64,000 bases of DNA from Holosporales bacterium (GTDB taxonomy: Bacteria > Pseudomonadota > Alphaproteobacteria > JAJTHO01): contig JBKCUA010000013.1 of the NCBI GenBank assembly GCA_046318675.1, positions 109,042 to 173,041 on the forward strand, in the 5' to 3' direction. Below the pieces are notes generated by a model that had not been told where the DNA came from, did no database searches, and saw only the letters and a list, made by a program, of their open reading frames with translations. The translations under genes and the position numbers were made by a program. How positions within the stretch are numbered: position 1 is the stretch's first letter; each line of letters starts with the position of its first letter. This document shows positions 9,729 through 20,139 of the stretch, piece by piece.

Positions 9729-11497
9729 GCGGCGGTAAAAGCAGCTTTAGCGTCTTCGGCTTGTTGAAGCCTGTACAAGCGAGCGTACAAACCGCCTTTA
9801 GCCAGCAATTCGGCGTGGTTGCCCGTTTCCACCACCTGCCCCTTGTCGAGAACAATAATGGTATCAGCGTTGAGAATCGTCGAAAAGCGATGGGCAATAA
9901 CAAGGGTAGTGCGCCCAGCGGCGAGGCGGGCTATGGCCTTTTGAATCGATCGTTCGGATTCGGCATCTAAGGCAGAGGTTGCCTCATCAAGAAGCAGGAT
10001 CGGCGCATCCTTAATCATCGCCCGTGCAATGGCAATTCGTTGACGCTGGCCACCGGAAAGCAGCGTGCCGTTCTCCCCCAACCGGGTGGCAAAGCCATGA
10101 GGCAAAGCATCAATAAAACCCAACGCGGCGGCATCGGCGGCGGCGGCGCGGATTTCTTCATCTGTTGCATCCAACCGGCCATAGCGAATGTTCGCCTCGG
10201 CAGTATCATTAAAGATATTAACATCTTGGGAGACCAAGGCGGTAGAAGCGCGAAGAGAGGCAACCGTTGCGGTGCTGATATCCTGACCATCAAACAACAC
10301 CCGACCTTCCTGCGTCTCATAAAAGCGCAGCAATAGGTGGAAAATAGTGGACTTCCCCGCCCCCGATGGACCAACAAGGGCCACAAACTTTCCGGGCGGA
10401 ACGGTAAAGCTAAGATTTTTCAGGGCTTCATGGCCGCTGGCATAGCGGAAGGTGACATTGTCAAAGCGAATTTCACCCTTGGTAATCTCCAACGGTTTGG
10501 AACCCGGCTTGTCGTGAATCGTAGGAATGGTATCAAGCACTTGGTAGAGGCGATCCGCCCCGGCGAGGCCTTCTTGAATGCTGAGGTTCACCTTGCTCAA
10601 CCGTTTTAACGGCTCATAGGCCAGCAACAGCGCAGTAATGAACGAGAAAAAACTCCCCGTCGTCTTAGCTCCAGTAATCACTTGATGCCCACCGTACAAA
10701 ATGACGGTGACAATCGCAACCCCACCCAACAACTCCATAATAGGGGAAGAAATCGCCCGAATACGGGTCATTTTCATGCTGAGGTTGAGCACCGCGTCCA
10801 TCTGTCGCCAGCCGCGCTCGGTTTCAAAATCCTCACGGTTGTAGGCCTTAACATGGCGAATTCCTTGAAAAGATTCTTGAATAAATGAGGTAAATGCCCC
10901 CGTCTCCCGGGAGGCGGTGGTGGAAAACCGCCGTACCTTACGACCCAGCTTAGCAATAAAAACAATAGCGATAGGAAAGGTAAAGAAGGAGACCATTGCC
11001 AAGCCCCAGTCCTGATAAAAGAGCATTCCCACCAAAAAAATAATGGTCATCGCATCCTTAAACGCTGCCGTAAGGGTACCGGAAACCATCGCCCGCAGAC
11101 TTCCGGCATCGTAGGCCACCCGGGACAACAGGCCGCTAGAGGTATGCTCATGAAAATACGCCACATCCGCACGAAGCAGGTGGGCATAAGAACGCTTCTG
11201 CACGTCCGTCACCACTCGGTCGCCAACGCTGGTTAAAAACAACGATTCGCCGTAGCTAGCCACGGCCTTGAGGGCAAACACCCCAATCACCGCCAACCCT
11301 ACCAACCACAACATAGCTCCGTTCTTGGCCACGAACACCTCATCCAGCACCGGCTCCATCAGCTTAGCCATAGCCGCCGTAGAGGCCGACACCAACATCA
11401 TGCACAAAACCGCCAACAAAAACGTATTTCGATACTTGCGGACGTGCTCTTTCCACAAACGACGGGTAAGAACGGTAGTAGGGTAATAGCTGCTCAT
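9725..11497 (-). CDS. ABC transporter permease/ATP-binding protein (MsbA-like lipid exporter)
   Basis: 590 aa; 6-TM domain plus NBD with Walker [10 protein letters not shown], signature LSGGQRQR, Walker [13 protein letters not shown]. Confidence 0.8.
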   Translation of the reverse strand: MSSYYPTTVLTRRLWKEHVRKYRNTFLLAVLCMMLVSASTAAMAKLMEPVLDEVFVAKNGAMLWLVGLAVIGVFALKAVASYGESLFLTSVGDRVVTDVQKRSYAHLLRADVAYFHEHTSSGLLSRVAYDAGSLRAMVSGTLTAAFKDAMTIIFLVGMLFYQDWGLAMVSFFTFPIAIVFIAKLGRKVRRFSTTASRETGAFTSFIQESFQGIRHVKAYNREDFETERGWRQMDAVLNLSMKMTRIRAISSPIMELLGGVAIVTVILYGGHQVITGAKTTGSFFSFITALLLAYEPLKRLSKVNLSIQEGLAGADRLYQVLDTIPTIHDKPGSKPLEITKGEIRFDNVTFRYASGHEALKNLSFTVPPGKFVALVGPSGAGKSTIFHLLLRFYETQEGRVLFDGQDISTATVASLRASTALVSQDVNIFNDTAEANIRYGRLDATDEEIRAAAADAAALGFIDALPHGFATRLGENGTLLSGGQRQRIAIARAMIKDAPILLLDEATSALDAESERSIQKAIARLAAGRTTLVIAHRFSTILNADTIIVLDKGQVVETGNHAELLAKGGLYARLYRLQQAEDAKAAFTAA

Positions 11498-11589
11498 ATT
11501 TTTTTCAGTGAGTGGTTAATAAGGGTGAGTGGCGATTCTTTTGCTCATCGTGAAAAATTTTTCAAAATGAACAAAAAACTACTCACCAC

Positions 11590-11910
11590 TCACAACTCCC
11601 CCGTAAGCCACTGCGCCAATGCCGCCTTTGGCAAGCTGCCCACCTTAGTGCTGACAGGTTGGCCATTTTTAAACAAAATCAGGGTTGGAATACTTCGGAT
11701 ACGAAACTTATTCGGGGTGTTGGGGTTTTCGTCAATGTTCACCTTAGCGATTTTTACCTTGCCGGCAAATTGCGCGCTCAACTCTTCCAGAACCGGGCCA
11801 ATGGCCTTGCACGGGCCGCACCATTCCGCCCAGAAATCCACCAATACCGGGCTTTTATCTTGTAAGACTTCTTGTTCAAAGGTGGCATCGGTAACTTTGA
11901 CAGTGCTCAT
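11590..11910 (-). CDS. trxA: thioredoxin
   Basis: 106 aa; WCGPC active site. Confidence 0.9.
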   Translation of the reverse strand: MSTVKVTDATFEQEVLQDKSPVLVDFWAEWCGPCKAIGPVLEELSAQFAGKVKIAKVNIDENPNTPNKFRIRSIPTLILFKNGQPVSTKVGSLPKAALAQWLTGEL

Positions 11911-12394
11911 GGCAAGAATCCTTTATCTCTTCCCTAAATAGAGTGTTTTTGCAGCTTCCGCAAGCAGCACCTCTGTGCACACAAGCCCTAATATTGGCTC
12001 TTTTTCAGCATCGGTCCGTTGTAACGCCGTTGCCTTGAATGAAGATAACCGCTGCACGTTGCCCCCTTGTCTTCTCCCGCGCAGCGGGGGAAGGGGGGGA
12101 TGGGGGTGTTTAAAATTATTAAAAATAATACCTTGTCTTTGCACTCTTGCCCCCCTCCCCGTAAGGCCATCGGCCTTACGCCTCCCCCGCAAGCGGGAGA
12201 GGAAGTTGCACCGCGCTCTTCGATAGACTCATACTAATTTTCAGTCTATCGTGTATGATTCAAAATAAAACTGGTCATGGCGAGGCACGAAGTGCCGTGG
12301 CCATCTAGGAAAAATGAATGCTGGATCGCCACGCGCCTAGCGGCGCTCGCGAAGACGACCGAGGATGTATACTGGCAAGTTTTTTACGTACGCA

Positions 12395-12403
12395 TTATCC
12401 ACA
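12395..12403 (+). promoter_or_regulatory. perfect consensus DnaA box TTATCCACA in 635-bp non-coding region
   Basis: exact 9-mer read in sequence. Confidence 0.3.
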
Positions 12404-12477
12404 ATAATCGCTTTATATTACCTGATAGACTGAGAATTGGGATCACAACACTTGTGTGCATAGGATAGCCGCAAACA

Positions 12478-12508
12478 GAAAGGGGCGGAGAATTTCCCCG
12501 CCCCTCGC
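12478..12508 (-). terminator. rho-independent terminator of porin gene
   Basis: perfect 8-bp GC stem AGGGGCGG/CCGCCCCT with 9-nt loop, followed by T-rich stretch on the minus strand just after the porin stop. Confidence 0.6.
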
Positions 12509-12546
12509 CGTCTTTCGTTCATTCCGAGGAATTTCCCCGGCGGAGA

Positions 12547-13764
12547 TTAGAACTCCAATTTGGTACCGAGCATTACGACGGTGCCTTCGTTGTCTTTGTT
12601 GGTTGCTGTTTTGGCAGCACCCGTTTCGTAGTTGAACATCGTGCCTTCTACGAAGGTGGACAAGCCAGGGGCTACGACATACGTCGCGCCAAGGGAGTAC
12701 ACATCTAGGCTTTGATCGCGACGGTGGTCTTGATCGCCTTCGTTTTCTGCCCACAGCGCGCTGGCACCCACTACAAATGGGCCAGTCTCGTATTGCAGAC
12801 CAAGGTTGTAGCCTTGAGCATCGCTTCTGTTAGCGGTTTTCTCATAGCCAGAATCACCTTGGAACACATAACCACCACCAAGAGTCCAACCGAGGTAGGA
12901 CAACTGACCGCCCAATTGATAGGCGGAGAGGTCTTGGTAGCGTGTCGTCGTTGTGGTGGAGATATGATCTTTTGCTTCAGCACCAACATGAGTTGCGCTC
13001 ACGGCCACACCAACACCAGAGAAGGTGTTTACGTAGTTCAGACCCAATTCATAAGCGTTCTGGAAATTTTCGCGGTTCAACAAGCCGTCTGTAGTTCCAG
13101 GAGTGGTGGTGCTACTTACAAACTTCTCGGAACGACGACTACCGGCCGACGCCTTATCCCCGTTCAGATCGGGAGCATAAGACGCACCGAACTGGAAGCC
13201 CGCTACGCGAGGGGTGAAGTAGGTCACTTTTGAGGCGTAGTCCGTGTCAAAGGCCTTGAACATTTCGGTCAGGCCAGCAAGGCTTTTACGGCCATCGGCA
13301 AGACCATTGCCAGTGGCACTAGCACCGTCAAAGTTATTCACGACGAACTCTTTGTAATCGCCATCAATACCGCCGGTACCGAACTTGTTCGGGGCGTAGT
13401 AAGCCATACGGTCGGACGCACCATTGTAGTTGCCCACTTCCGCACGACCAGCAGAGCCGGAAGCGAACACGAGGTAACGCTCACCGTTGTTGGTATCGGA
13501 AGTACTGGTGGCCAATTTAATACGCCCACCGTATTTCCAGCCGGCCGCCGCCGTACCATTGGCACGCAGGGTGACATCGGAATCGTTGTAGAAGGCGTCA
13601 GGGCGTTGATTCTTATCGCCGTCTTCGTTGGCCAGACCATATACAGCCTTAACGGTACCGCCAAGGGTAATGGTGAGGGGAGCAGCTTTGTCCGCAGCGC
13701 TGGCAAAAGAGGCGGAAGCCACAATGCCAACAAGAGCGGTTGTGCCCAGTAAAAACTTTTTCAT
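12547..13764 (-). CDS. outer-membrane porin (alphaproteobacterial Porin_2/Omp2/RopA-like)
   Basis: 405 aa; signal peptide MKKFLLGTTALVGIVASASFASA, beta-strand-rich, C-terminal aromatic residue (…KLEF). Confidence 0.8.
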   Translation of the reverse strand: MKKFLLGTTALVGIVASASFASAADKAAPLTITLGGTVKAVYGLANEDGDKNQRPDAFYNDSDVTLRANGTAAAGWKYGGRIKLATSTSDTNNGERYLVFASGSAGRAEVGNYNGASDRMAYYAPNKFGTGGIDGDYKEFVVNNFDGASATGNGLADGRKSLAGLTEMFKAFDTDYASKVTYFTPRVAGFQFGASYAPDLNGDKASAGSRRSEKFVSSTTTPGTTDGLLNRENFQNAYELGLNYVNTFSGVGVAVSATHVGAEAKDHISTTTTTRYQDLSAYQLGGQLSYLGWTLGGGYVFQGDSGYEKTANRSDAQGYNLGLQYETGPFVVGASALWAENEGDQDHRRDQSLDVYSLGATYVVAPGLSTFVEGTMFNYETGAAKTATNKDNEGTVVMLGTKLEF

Positions 13765-13975
13765 TCGGAGTCTCCATGAACGAAAGGGTTACGACACTTA
13801 GGTCAAGTTGAGGCATAAGAACACTGGTGCAAAAAAGCTGCAATCCTTTTTGCACACCCCCGCGTCACAAAAACAACGAGCTGTTGCATTTGCGACACAG
13901 CTTTAAGAATTGCTTAAGAAATTCCCGACGTAAACACCCTTTGCGCCACGGCCATTTTTCTGAAAGAACAGGTGT

Positions 13976-14767
13976 ATGAGTTTACCCTTCATCAAAATGC
14001 ACGGAACCGGAAACGATTTTGTGATTCTTGACGCACGCACTGTCCCGTTGCCTACATCGCTGGATTTTCAACGACTGGCCGATCGCCGCTTCGGGGTTGG
14101 GTGCGATCAGATAATTATTCTGCGCCCTAGCCGCACCGCCGATGTGTTCATGGACATCCGCAACAGCGACGGCAGCCCTTCTGGAGCCTGCGGCAACGCC
14201 ACGCGCTGCGTCGTCAAGCTGCTGGGATCGTCTATCCGCATTGAAACCGCCGCCGGGCTTTTGGAAGGGCATCTTGAGGCCGACGGCACTATCACCGTGG
14301 ATTTAGGTCCCGTGCGGCTGGACTGGCGGGAGATTCCCTTAGCAAAGGCTCTTGATACCAACGCCTTAACCTTTGACGAACTTCCCCTAGGCTGCGCCAT
14401 TAATGTTGGCAACCCGCATTGCGTGTTTTTCGTGCCCAATGTGGAGGCCATTGACCTTGCCACTATCGGCCGTCGCCTTGAACATCATCCCCTGTTCCCC
14501 GAACGATGCAATATCGAATTTGCTGAAGCCCTTGGCGACAACCGTTTTCGCGTCCGGGTTTGGGAGCGGGGATCGGGTGTCACCCTGGCCTGCGGCACCG
14601 GCGCAGTAGCCGTGGGCGTGGCGGCGTTCCGGCGTAAACTGGCCGGACGGCATACCACCATCATCATGGACGGCGGCACCTTATATATAGAGTATCTCCC
14701 CGATGGGCATGGATTACTGCGCGGGGAGGCAGTACGTGTGTTTGAGGGGGTGTGGGAAGGATCCTAA
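13976..14767 (+). CDS. dapF: diaminopimelate epimerase
   Basis: 263 aa; FIKMHGTGNDFVILD, NVGNPHCVFF, catalytic Cys motifs. Confidence 0.9.
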   Translation: MSLPFIKMHGTGNDFVILDARTVPLPTSLDFQRLADRRFGVGCDQIIILRPSRTADVFMDIRNSDGSPSGACGNATRCVVKLLGSSIRIETAAGLLEGHLEADGTITVDLGPVRLDWREIPLAKALDTNALTFDELPLGCAINVGNPHCVFFVPNVEAIDLATIGRRLEHHPLFPERCNIEFAEALGDNRFRVRVWERGSGVTLACGTGAVAVGVAAFRRKLAGRHTTIIMDGGTLYIEYLPDGHGLLRGEAVRVFEGVWEGS

Positions 14768-15828
14768 CGCCGCCATACCCACGTCACGTGCCCCAGCTTC
14801 CGCCCCGGGCGAATGTCTGCCTTGCCGTACAGGTGTACCGCCGCGCCGCCGCAATGGCGGTGATCGGCGGCCTCTAAGGCTTTATTCCCAATCAGGTTTT
14901 CCATTTTTGCCCGGACGCCGACTTGCCCCGTGGCTCCTAATGGCCAGCCCAGCACCGCCCGGACGGCTTGGGCAAACTGGCTGGTCTGTGCCCCCTCGAT
15001 GGTCCAATGGCCGGAATTATGAGGGCGGGGAGCGCACTCATTAAACAGCACCTCCCCCGCCTCGGTCACAAAAAACTCAATGGCCAATAGACCCACCAGC
15101 TCAAGATGCGCCGCCAGCCGCACCGCCGCCGCAAAAGCCCGCGCCGCCACCCCGGCATCAACCCCCGCCGGGACAATCGTCTGGCGCAAAATGCCGCCCT
15201 CATGATGGTTTTGCGCGAGGGGATACAGCCGCCGCTTGCCGTCCACTCCTTGAGCAATAATCACCGAGACTTCGCTGACAAATCCTACCCGTTTTTCCAG
15301 CAACGCCGGTACCCCGCCAAGGCGATCCCACGCTTTGGTATCAGGCTGTTCCAGCGCAATCTGCCCCTTGCCGTCATAGCCATCCCGGCGGGTTTTGAGG
15401 ATCGCCGGGTACAAGGACTCTGGCGCAGCATCAAAAGCAGCCGCGCTGGCCAAGGGTAAAAACAACGTCGTGCCTAGGCCTGCGGCTTTAGCCGCCTGTT
15501 TTTCCAGCAGGCGATCCTGGCTGATGGCCAGAATTTTCGGGCTGGGACGAACGGGTTTCAGCTTTTCCAGAAACTCAGCCGTCGCCACGGGAATATTCTC
15601 AAACTCATAGGTAATAACGTCCACTGCCGCCGCGAACGCCGTCAGGGCCGCCTCATCGGTATACGCCGCGCAGGTATGGCGTTCCGCCACTTCAGCAGCG
15701 ACACAGTCAGCTTCGGGGGCAAAAATATGGCAACGCACCCCCATCTGTGCCGCCGCAAGAGCCAGCATACGGCCAAGCTGGCCGCCACCAAGAATACCAA
15801 GAACAGGACGAGTGAGCGTTTGAGTCAT
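14764..15828 (-). CDS. purK: N5-carboxyaminoimidazole ribonucleotide synthase
   Basis: 354 aa ATP-grasp; ILGGGQLGRMLA N-terminus typical of PurK. Confidence 0.85.
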   Translation of the reverse strand: MTQTLTRPVLGILGGGQLGRMLALAAAQMGVRCHIFAPEADCVAAEVAERHTCAAYTDEAALTAFAAAVDVITYEFENIPVATAEFLEKLKPVRPSPKILAISQDRLLEKQAAKAAGLGTTLFLPLASAAAFDAAPESLYPAILKTRRDGYDGKGQIALEQPDTKAWDRLGGVPALLEKRVGFVSEVSVIIAQGVDGKRRLYPLAQNHHEGGILRQTIVPAGVDAGVAARAFAAAVRLAAHLELVGLLAIEFFVTEAGEVLFNECAPRPHNSGHWTIEGAQTSQFAQAVRAVLGWPLGATGQVGVRAKMENLIGNKALEAADHRHCGGAAVHLYGKADIRPGRKLGHVTWVWRR

Positions 15829-15911
15829 TGTTTTTTCTAGCTACCTTACCCAGCCGCCGCAATACCAAACCGGACTTGTGCCGCCGGGTTTTTATCCCTA
15901 GAAAACAGAAT

Positions 15912-17357
15912 ATGGAAACGATTCCCGCGCTGCTGGCTCTGTTGCCCCGCCTGCAAACGGCGCGGGTGCTGGTTATTGGTGATACAATCCTGGATAGGTA
16001 TGTGACGGGTGAAGCTTCGCGCCTATCGCCCGAGGCTCCTATTGCCGTTCTACATGCTCAAACAAGCCGGGATGTTCCCGGCGGGGCGGGGAACGTCTGC
16101 CGCAACCTTGCTGCCCTGGGGGCACAGTCGTTTCTGGTCAGCATTGCCGGAAATGATGAGGCGGCAGAGCGGTTGCGGGAACACCTCCCCCAGGCAACCT
16201 TCATTCCTGTTCCTGACCGCCCTACCCCCGTCAAAATTCGCTACCTCGCCGGGACGCAGCAATTGCTGCGCGTGGATCATGAGGTTGTGGATGCCATGCC
16301 CTCTGCCAGCGAAGATGCTTTACTCGATGCCGTGCGACAAAGGGCAACACAAATAGACATCATCATTCTTTCCGATTACGGCAAGGGAACCCTATCCCCC
16401 CGTGTCTGTCAGGCCATCATTGCCATAGGTAAACCCGTTATCGTTGATCCCAAAGGCCATAGCTACAAAAAATACGCCGGAGCCGCCTATGTTACCCCCA
16501 ACCGTAAGGAGCTACGGGAAGCCACTGGCCGGCCCGTGGGCACCGATGCAGAAATTGAGGCGGCCGGACGTTGGCTGTGCACCCAGCACGATATTGGCAC
16601 CATTGTTGCCACCCGCAGCGAACAGGGAATTAGTATTGTCCGCACCGATGCCCCCACCGTTCACCTGCCCACCTACGCGCGGGAAGTATTTGATGTTTCC
16701 GGGGCCGGGGACACCGTTGTGGCGGCATTGGCGGCGGCACTGGCAACGGGTGCCAGCATCACGGAAGCAGCGCAACTGGCCAACACCGCCGCCGGGATTG
16801 TCGTCGGCAAACGTGGTACCGCCGTTGCCACCAGCGCGGAGCTGGCTGGTTACTGGCTACGTCGTGAACATCTTGGGTCTCACGGCGGCAAACTCATGCC
16901 CGTGGAAACCGCTGCTAGCCTTGCCGCTCTTTGGCACGGTCAAGGGCTGAAGGTAGGTTTTACCAACGGCTGTTTTGATATTCTTCATGCTGGTCATGTG
17001 ACGATGCTGGCTGCTTGTCGGAAGAAATGCGATCGACTGATTGTTGGCCTCAATACCGATGCCTCGGTGCGCCGCCTCAAGGGCGAAGGGCGTCCCGTTA
17101 CCCATGAAACAGGACGCGCCGCCGTCCTCGCCGCATTAGAAGTCATTGATGGTGTTATTTTATTTGAAGAAGAAACCCCGTTGGCACTTATTGAAGCCAT
17201 TTGCCCTGATGTGCTGTTCAAGGGGGCAGACTACACCGTCGCAACGGTGGTAGGCGCAGATCGGGTTCTCTCATGGGGCGGCACCGTTGAGCTAATTGAC
17301 CTTGTTCCAGGGGTGAGTACCACACAAACTATTGCCAAGGTGCTGGCAAAAGCGTGA
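15912..17357 (+). CDS. hldE: bifunctional D-beta-D-heptose 7-phosphate kinase / D-beta-D-heptose 1-phosphate adenylyltransferase
   Basis: N-terminal pfkB sugar-kinase domain (GAGDT) plus C-terminal cytidylyltransferase (GCFDILHAGH); likely start METIPALL at 15912. Confidence 0.85.
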   Translation: METIPALLALLPRLQTARVLVIGDTILDRYVTGEASRLSPEAPIAVLHAQTSRDVPGGAGNVCRNLAALGAQSFLVSIAGNDEAAERLREHLPQATFIPVPDRPTPVKIRYLAGTQQLLRVDHEVVDAMPSASEDALLDAVRQRATQIDIIILSDYGKGTLSPRVCQAIIAIGKPVIVDPKGHSYKKYAGAAYVTPNRKELREATGRPVGTDAEIEAAGRWLCTQHDIGTIVATRSEQGISIVRTDAPTVHLPTYAREVFDVSGAGDTVVAALAAALATGASITEAAQLANTAAGIVVGKRGTAVATSAELAGYWLRREHLGSHGGKLMPVETAASLAALWHGQGLKVGFTNGCFDILHAGHVTMLAACRKKCDRLIVGLNTDASVRRLKGEGRPVTHETGRAAVLAALEVIDGVILFEEETPLALIEAICPDVLFKGADYTVATVVGADRVLSWGGTVELIDLVPGVSTTQTIAKVLAKA

Positions 17358-18517
17358 CGGCGGATATCGTCCTTTACGTTCAAAATCTTCTGGGCGTTGG
17401 CCATCTGGCTAGGGTTGCCGCCATTGCCGAAACCGTCGCCGATCTGGGCGGCAATGTTGCCATCTTATGCGGCGGTGTGCGCCCGGCGGGTTACGCCCCG
17501 CGAGGGGTAGACTATATCCAGCTAGAGCCGTGCCAGGCCGACGATGCCAGTTGCAAAAGCATTCGGGATAACAGTGGCACCCTCATTGATGATGAATTCC
17601 TAGAGCGGCGCAGTGCCCAGCTCAAAGATATTCTCTTGAGGCTACAGCCCAAGGTTTTTGTCACGGAAATGTTCCCTTTTGGACGCTGGCGTTTCCGGCG
17701 GGAGCTGTTACCCGTCCTCAACTGGCTACGGGAATGGGCAGCGCCGCCGCGCCTAGCCATTTCCGTCCGGGATATCATTAATCAAGGTTCCGTAACGGGC
17801 GAGCGATCCGAACAGGTTGCCGCCCTCATTCGTGAGAAATACGATCATGTCTTGGTGCACGGCGATCCGTTTTTTCTGCCCCTGGAGGCGACTTGGCCCC
17901 CGGCAACAACGTTGGCCGATAAGCTCATCTACACTGGCTATGTCATGCCGCCTCGGCAGTTTAGCCAAGAACTGGCCCCTGCCCTGCCCGTCGATAAGGA
18001 TTTTGTCCTCGTCAGTACCGGCGGTGGTCTGTACGGCGCATCGCTCTACAGAGCAGCCCTGGCAGCACGCCCACTATCCCAACGCTTCAGCCAGCATCAC
18101 TGGATCATTGTCGCCGGGCCTTATTGCCCAGCTCATGTTCTTGCAGAACTTCAAGCCGCCACCCCCGCTGGGGTAACGGTATTGCCCCAGCATCCGCATT
18201 TAGGGACTTTGTTTCCCCTAGCAGCCGCTTCCATCTCCCAAGCTGGGTGCAACACCGTGCTGGAGTTACTCAACACTCGCACCCCCGCCGTGGTAGTGCC
18301 TTTCGATGAGGGCAAGGAATCCGAGCAAACCGATCGGGCGCGGCTGTTGGCTGAAAAAGGAGTGTTTACCCTATTACCTGCCGCTAGCCTCACCCCGGCA
18401 ACGCTGGCCGAAGCCCTCGACAACACCCGCCCGCCCACCGACTTGCCCGACGAAATTCACACCCACGGCGCGGAAGTCAGCGCGATGCACTTACTGTCGT
18501 GGTCTCGATCCGCTTAA
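17354..18517 (+). CDS. putative GT-B glycosyltransferase (UDP-glycosyltransferase/MurG-like fold)
   Basis: 387 aa; N-terminal GVGH motif and C-terminal nucleotide-sugar binding region; translationally coupled to hldE. Confidence 0.5.
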   Translation: MTADIVLYVQNLLGVGHLARVAAIAETVADLGGNVAILCGGVRPAGYAPRGVDYIQLEPCQADDASCKSIRDNSGTLIDDEFLERRSAQLKDILLRLQPKVFVTEMFPFGRWRFRRELLPVLNWLREWAAPPRLAISVRDIINQGSVTGERSEQVAALIREKYDHVLVHGDPFFLPLEATWPPATTLADKLIYTGYVMPPRQFSQELAPALPVDKDFVLVSTGGGLYGASLYRAALAARPLSQRFSQHHWIIVAGPYCPAHVLAELQAATPAGVTVLPQHPHLGTLFPLAAASISQAGCNTVLELLNTRTPAVVVPFDEGKESEQTDRARLLAEKGVFTLLPAASLTPATLAEALDNTRPPTDLPDEIHTHGAEVSAMHLLSWSRSA

Positions 18518-19878
18518 GCCACCAACCTCCGCAGCTCCCGCACATGGCGCAGAGCCGCCACGGTGGGCGCGCTGGCCTTGCTGGCACCATCGGGGGTAAA
18601 GGCTTGGGTAAAGCCCAGCTTAGCCGCTTCCTTCAGACGGCTTTCGGCATGGCCCACCCGGCGGACGTCACCAGATAACCCTACCTCGCCAAAAAACCCC
18701 GCGTCCATGGGAATCGGCACGTTGGCTAAGGCGGAGACGAGAGCCGCCGCCACGGCCAAGTCCGCCGCTGGCTCCTGTATCCGCAAGCCCCCCGCCACGT
18801 TCAAATAGACTTCCTTATCGGTAAAGCTTAGCCCCGCCCGAGTTTCCAATACTGCGAGCAGCATCGCCAACCGGTTGCTATCCCATCCCACCGTTGTGCG
18901 TCGCGGCGTACCATACGGGGCGGGAGCCACCAGTGCCTGAATCTCAACCAGCAGCGGCCTTGTCCCCTCAATCCCGGCAAAAACAGCACTGCCCGAGGCC
19001 TTATCCCGGCGTTCGGACAAAAACAGGGCTGAGGGATTGGCAACCTCCTCCAGCCCTCGTTCGCCCATGGTAAACACGCCAATCTCATCCGTGGCCCCAA
19101 AGCGGTTCTTCACCGCCCGCAGCATTCGGTAGGTATGGCTTCGATCCCCCTCAAAGGTCAGCACGGTGTCCACCATATGCTCCAGCACTTTGGGGCCAGC
19201 AATCGCTCCATCCTTGGTCACATGCCCCACCAGCAACAGCACGCAATCATGCTTTTTCGCCGCCCGAATCAGTTCGTGGGCGCAGGTACGCACCTGTGCC
19301 ACCGTGCCGGGGGCGGAATCCAGCACATCGGCGTATAATGTCTGAATGGAATCAATAACCAACAAGCCCCAGTCCTGCCGGCTTTCCATAGCCCCAAGAA
19401 TATCCCGAACGTTGGTTGTCGCCGCCAGCCCCAAGGGCGATCCTTCCACCCCCAACCGTTTGGCCCGCAGCCGCACTTGGCCCAAGGATTCCTCTCCCGT
19501 TACATACAGACACGGCACCTTCTCAGCGAGTTGAGCGGCCAATTGTAGCAACAGCGTTGATTTGCCAATGCCCGGCTCCCCGCCGATCAAAAACGCCGCT
19601 CCCGGCACCAAGCCGCCGCCGCACACCCGATCAAATTCCTGATTGCCGGTGAGCAAGCGGCGAATTTCGGCTTCTGGCGCAGCCAAAGGTACAATAGCCA
19701 GACCGCTTTTAGCCGCAGAGGTTGGCACAAGACCGCCCTGCCCCGGCTTATCTTTTTCCGGCCCGGCGCGCTCCTCCACCAGCGTGTTCCACGCACCGCA
19801 GCCGTCGCATTTGCCTTGCCACCGGGGATGGGCGGTGCCGCATTGCTGGCAGACATAGGTTTTGCGTTCTTTGGCCAT
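18514..19878 (-). CDS. radA: DNA repair protein RadA/Sms
   Basis: 454 aa; N-terminal C4 zinc finger (CQQCGTAHPRWQGKCDGCGAWNT), Walker A GEPGIGKST, C-terminal Lon-like domain. Confidence 0.9.
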   Translation of the reverse strand: MAKERKTYVCQQCGTAHPRWQGKCDGCGAWNTLVEERAGPEKDKPGQGGLVPTSAAKSGLAIVPLAAPEAEIRRLLTGNQEFDRVCGGGLVPGAAFLIGGEPGIGKSTLLLQLAAQLAEKVPCLYVTGEESLGQVRLRAKRLGVEGSPLGLAATTNVRDILGAMESRQDWGLLVIDSIQTLYADVLDSAPGTVAQVRTCAHELIRAAKKHDCVLLLVGHVTKDGAIAGPKVLEHMVDTVLTFEGDRSHTYRMLRAVKNRFGATDEIGVFTMGERGLEEVANPSALFLSERRDKASGSAVFAGIEGTRPLLVEIQALVAPAPYGTPRRTTVGWDSNRLAMLLAVLETRAGLSFTDKEVYLNVAGGLRIQEPAADLAVAAALVSALANVPIPMDAGFFGEVGLSGDVRRVGHAESRLKEAAKLGFTQAFTPDGASKASAPTVAALRHVRELRRLVA

Positions 19879-19881
19879 ACA

Positions 19882-20139
19882 TTACTCAGTACTATGCTGT
19901 TGCAACTGTTCAATAAGGCTTTGATATTGTCCCGGCGGGGCTTTCTCCCCAATGAGCCAAGCCCAAGTTTGACGTTCATCCTCGCTTAATAAAGCATCCA
20001 GAACCTGACACTCCTCAAGGCTCAACCTATCTAAATATTTTTCAGCAAAATTCCCCAGAACAAGATCAAGCTCCTTAGTCCCCCGATGCCCGGCTTGATA
20101 GTGCAAGCGTCGGCGCAGCAGGGTTAGATCATCAGTCAT
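19882..20139 (-). CDS. sdhE: succinate dehydrogenase assembly factor SdhE (FAD assembly factor)
   Basis: 85 aa; RxxYxxGxRGTKELDLVLGxF ... W motif of SdhE/Sdh5 family. Confidence 0.6.
   Translation of the reverse strand: MTDDLTLLRRRLHYQAGHRGTKELDLVLGNFAEKYLDRLSLEECQVLDALLSEDERQTWAWLIGEKAPPGQYQSLIEQLQQHSTE

Noticed and set aside
11498-11589. Inverted repeat GTGAGTGG … CCACTCAC downstream of trxA as terminator
   Set aside because: The arms are separated by about 50 nt with no following T-tract. It is more likely promoter-region structure for the ABC transporter gene than an intrinsic terminator.
12064-12202. G-rich and C-rich homopolymer tracts as a possible CRISPR or tandem array
   Set aside because: There are no regularly spaced direct repeats with unique spacers. 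The structure is an inverted (palindromic) arrangement, not a CRISPR array.
11923-12468. Three small ORFs (89, 83, 63 aa) inside the 635-bp intergenic region
   Set aside because: They overlap each other on both strands, are made of low-complexity G/C-tract translations (PPLPPL, GGRGGWG) and span palindromic repeats. They are almost certainly non-coding.
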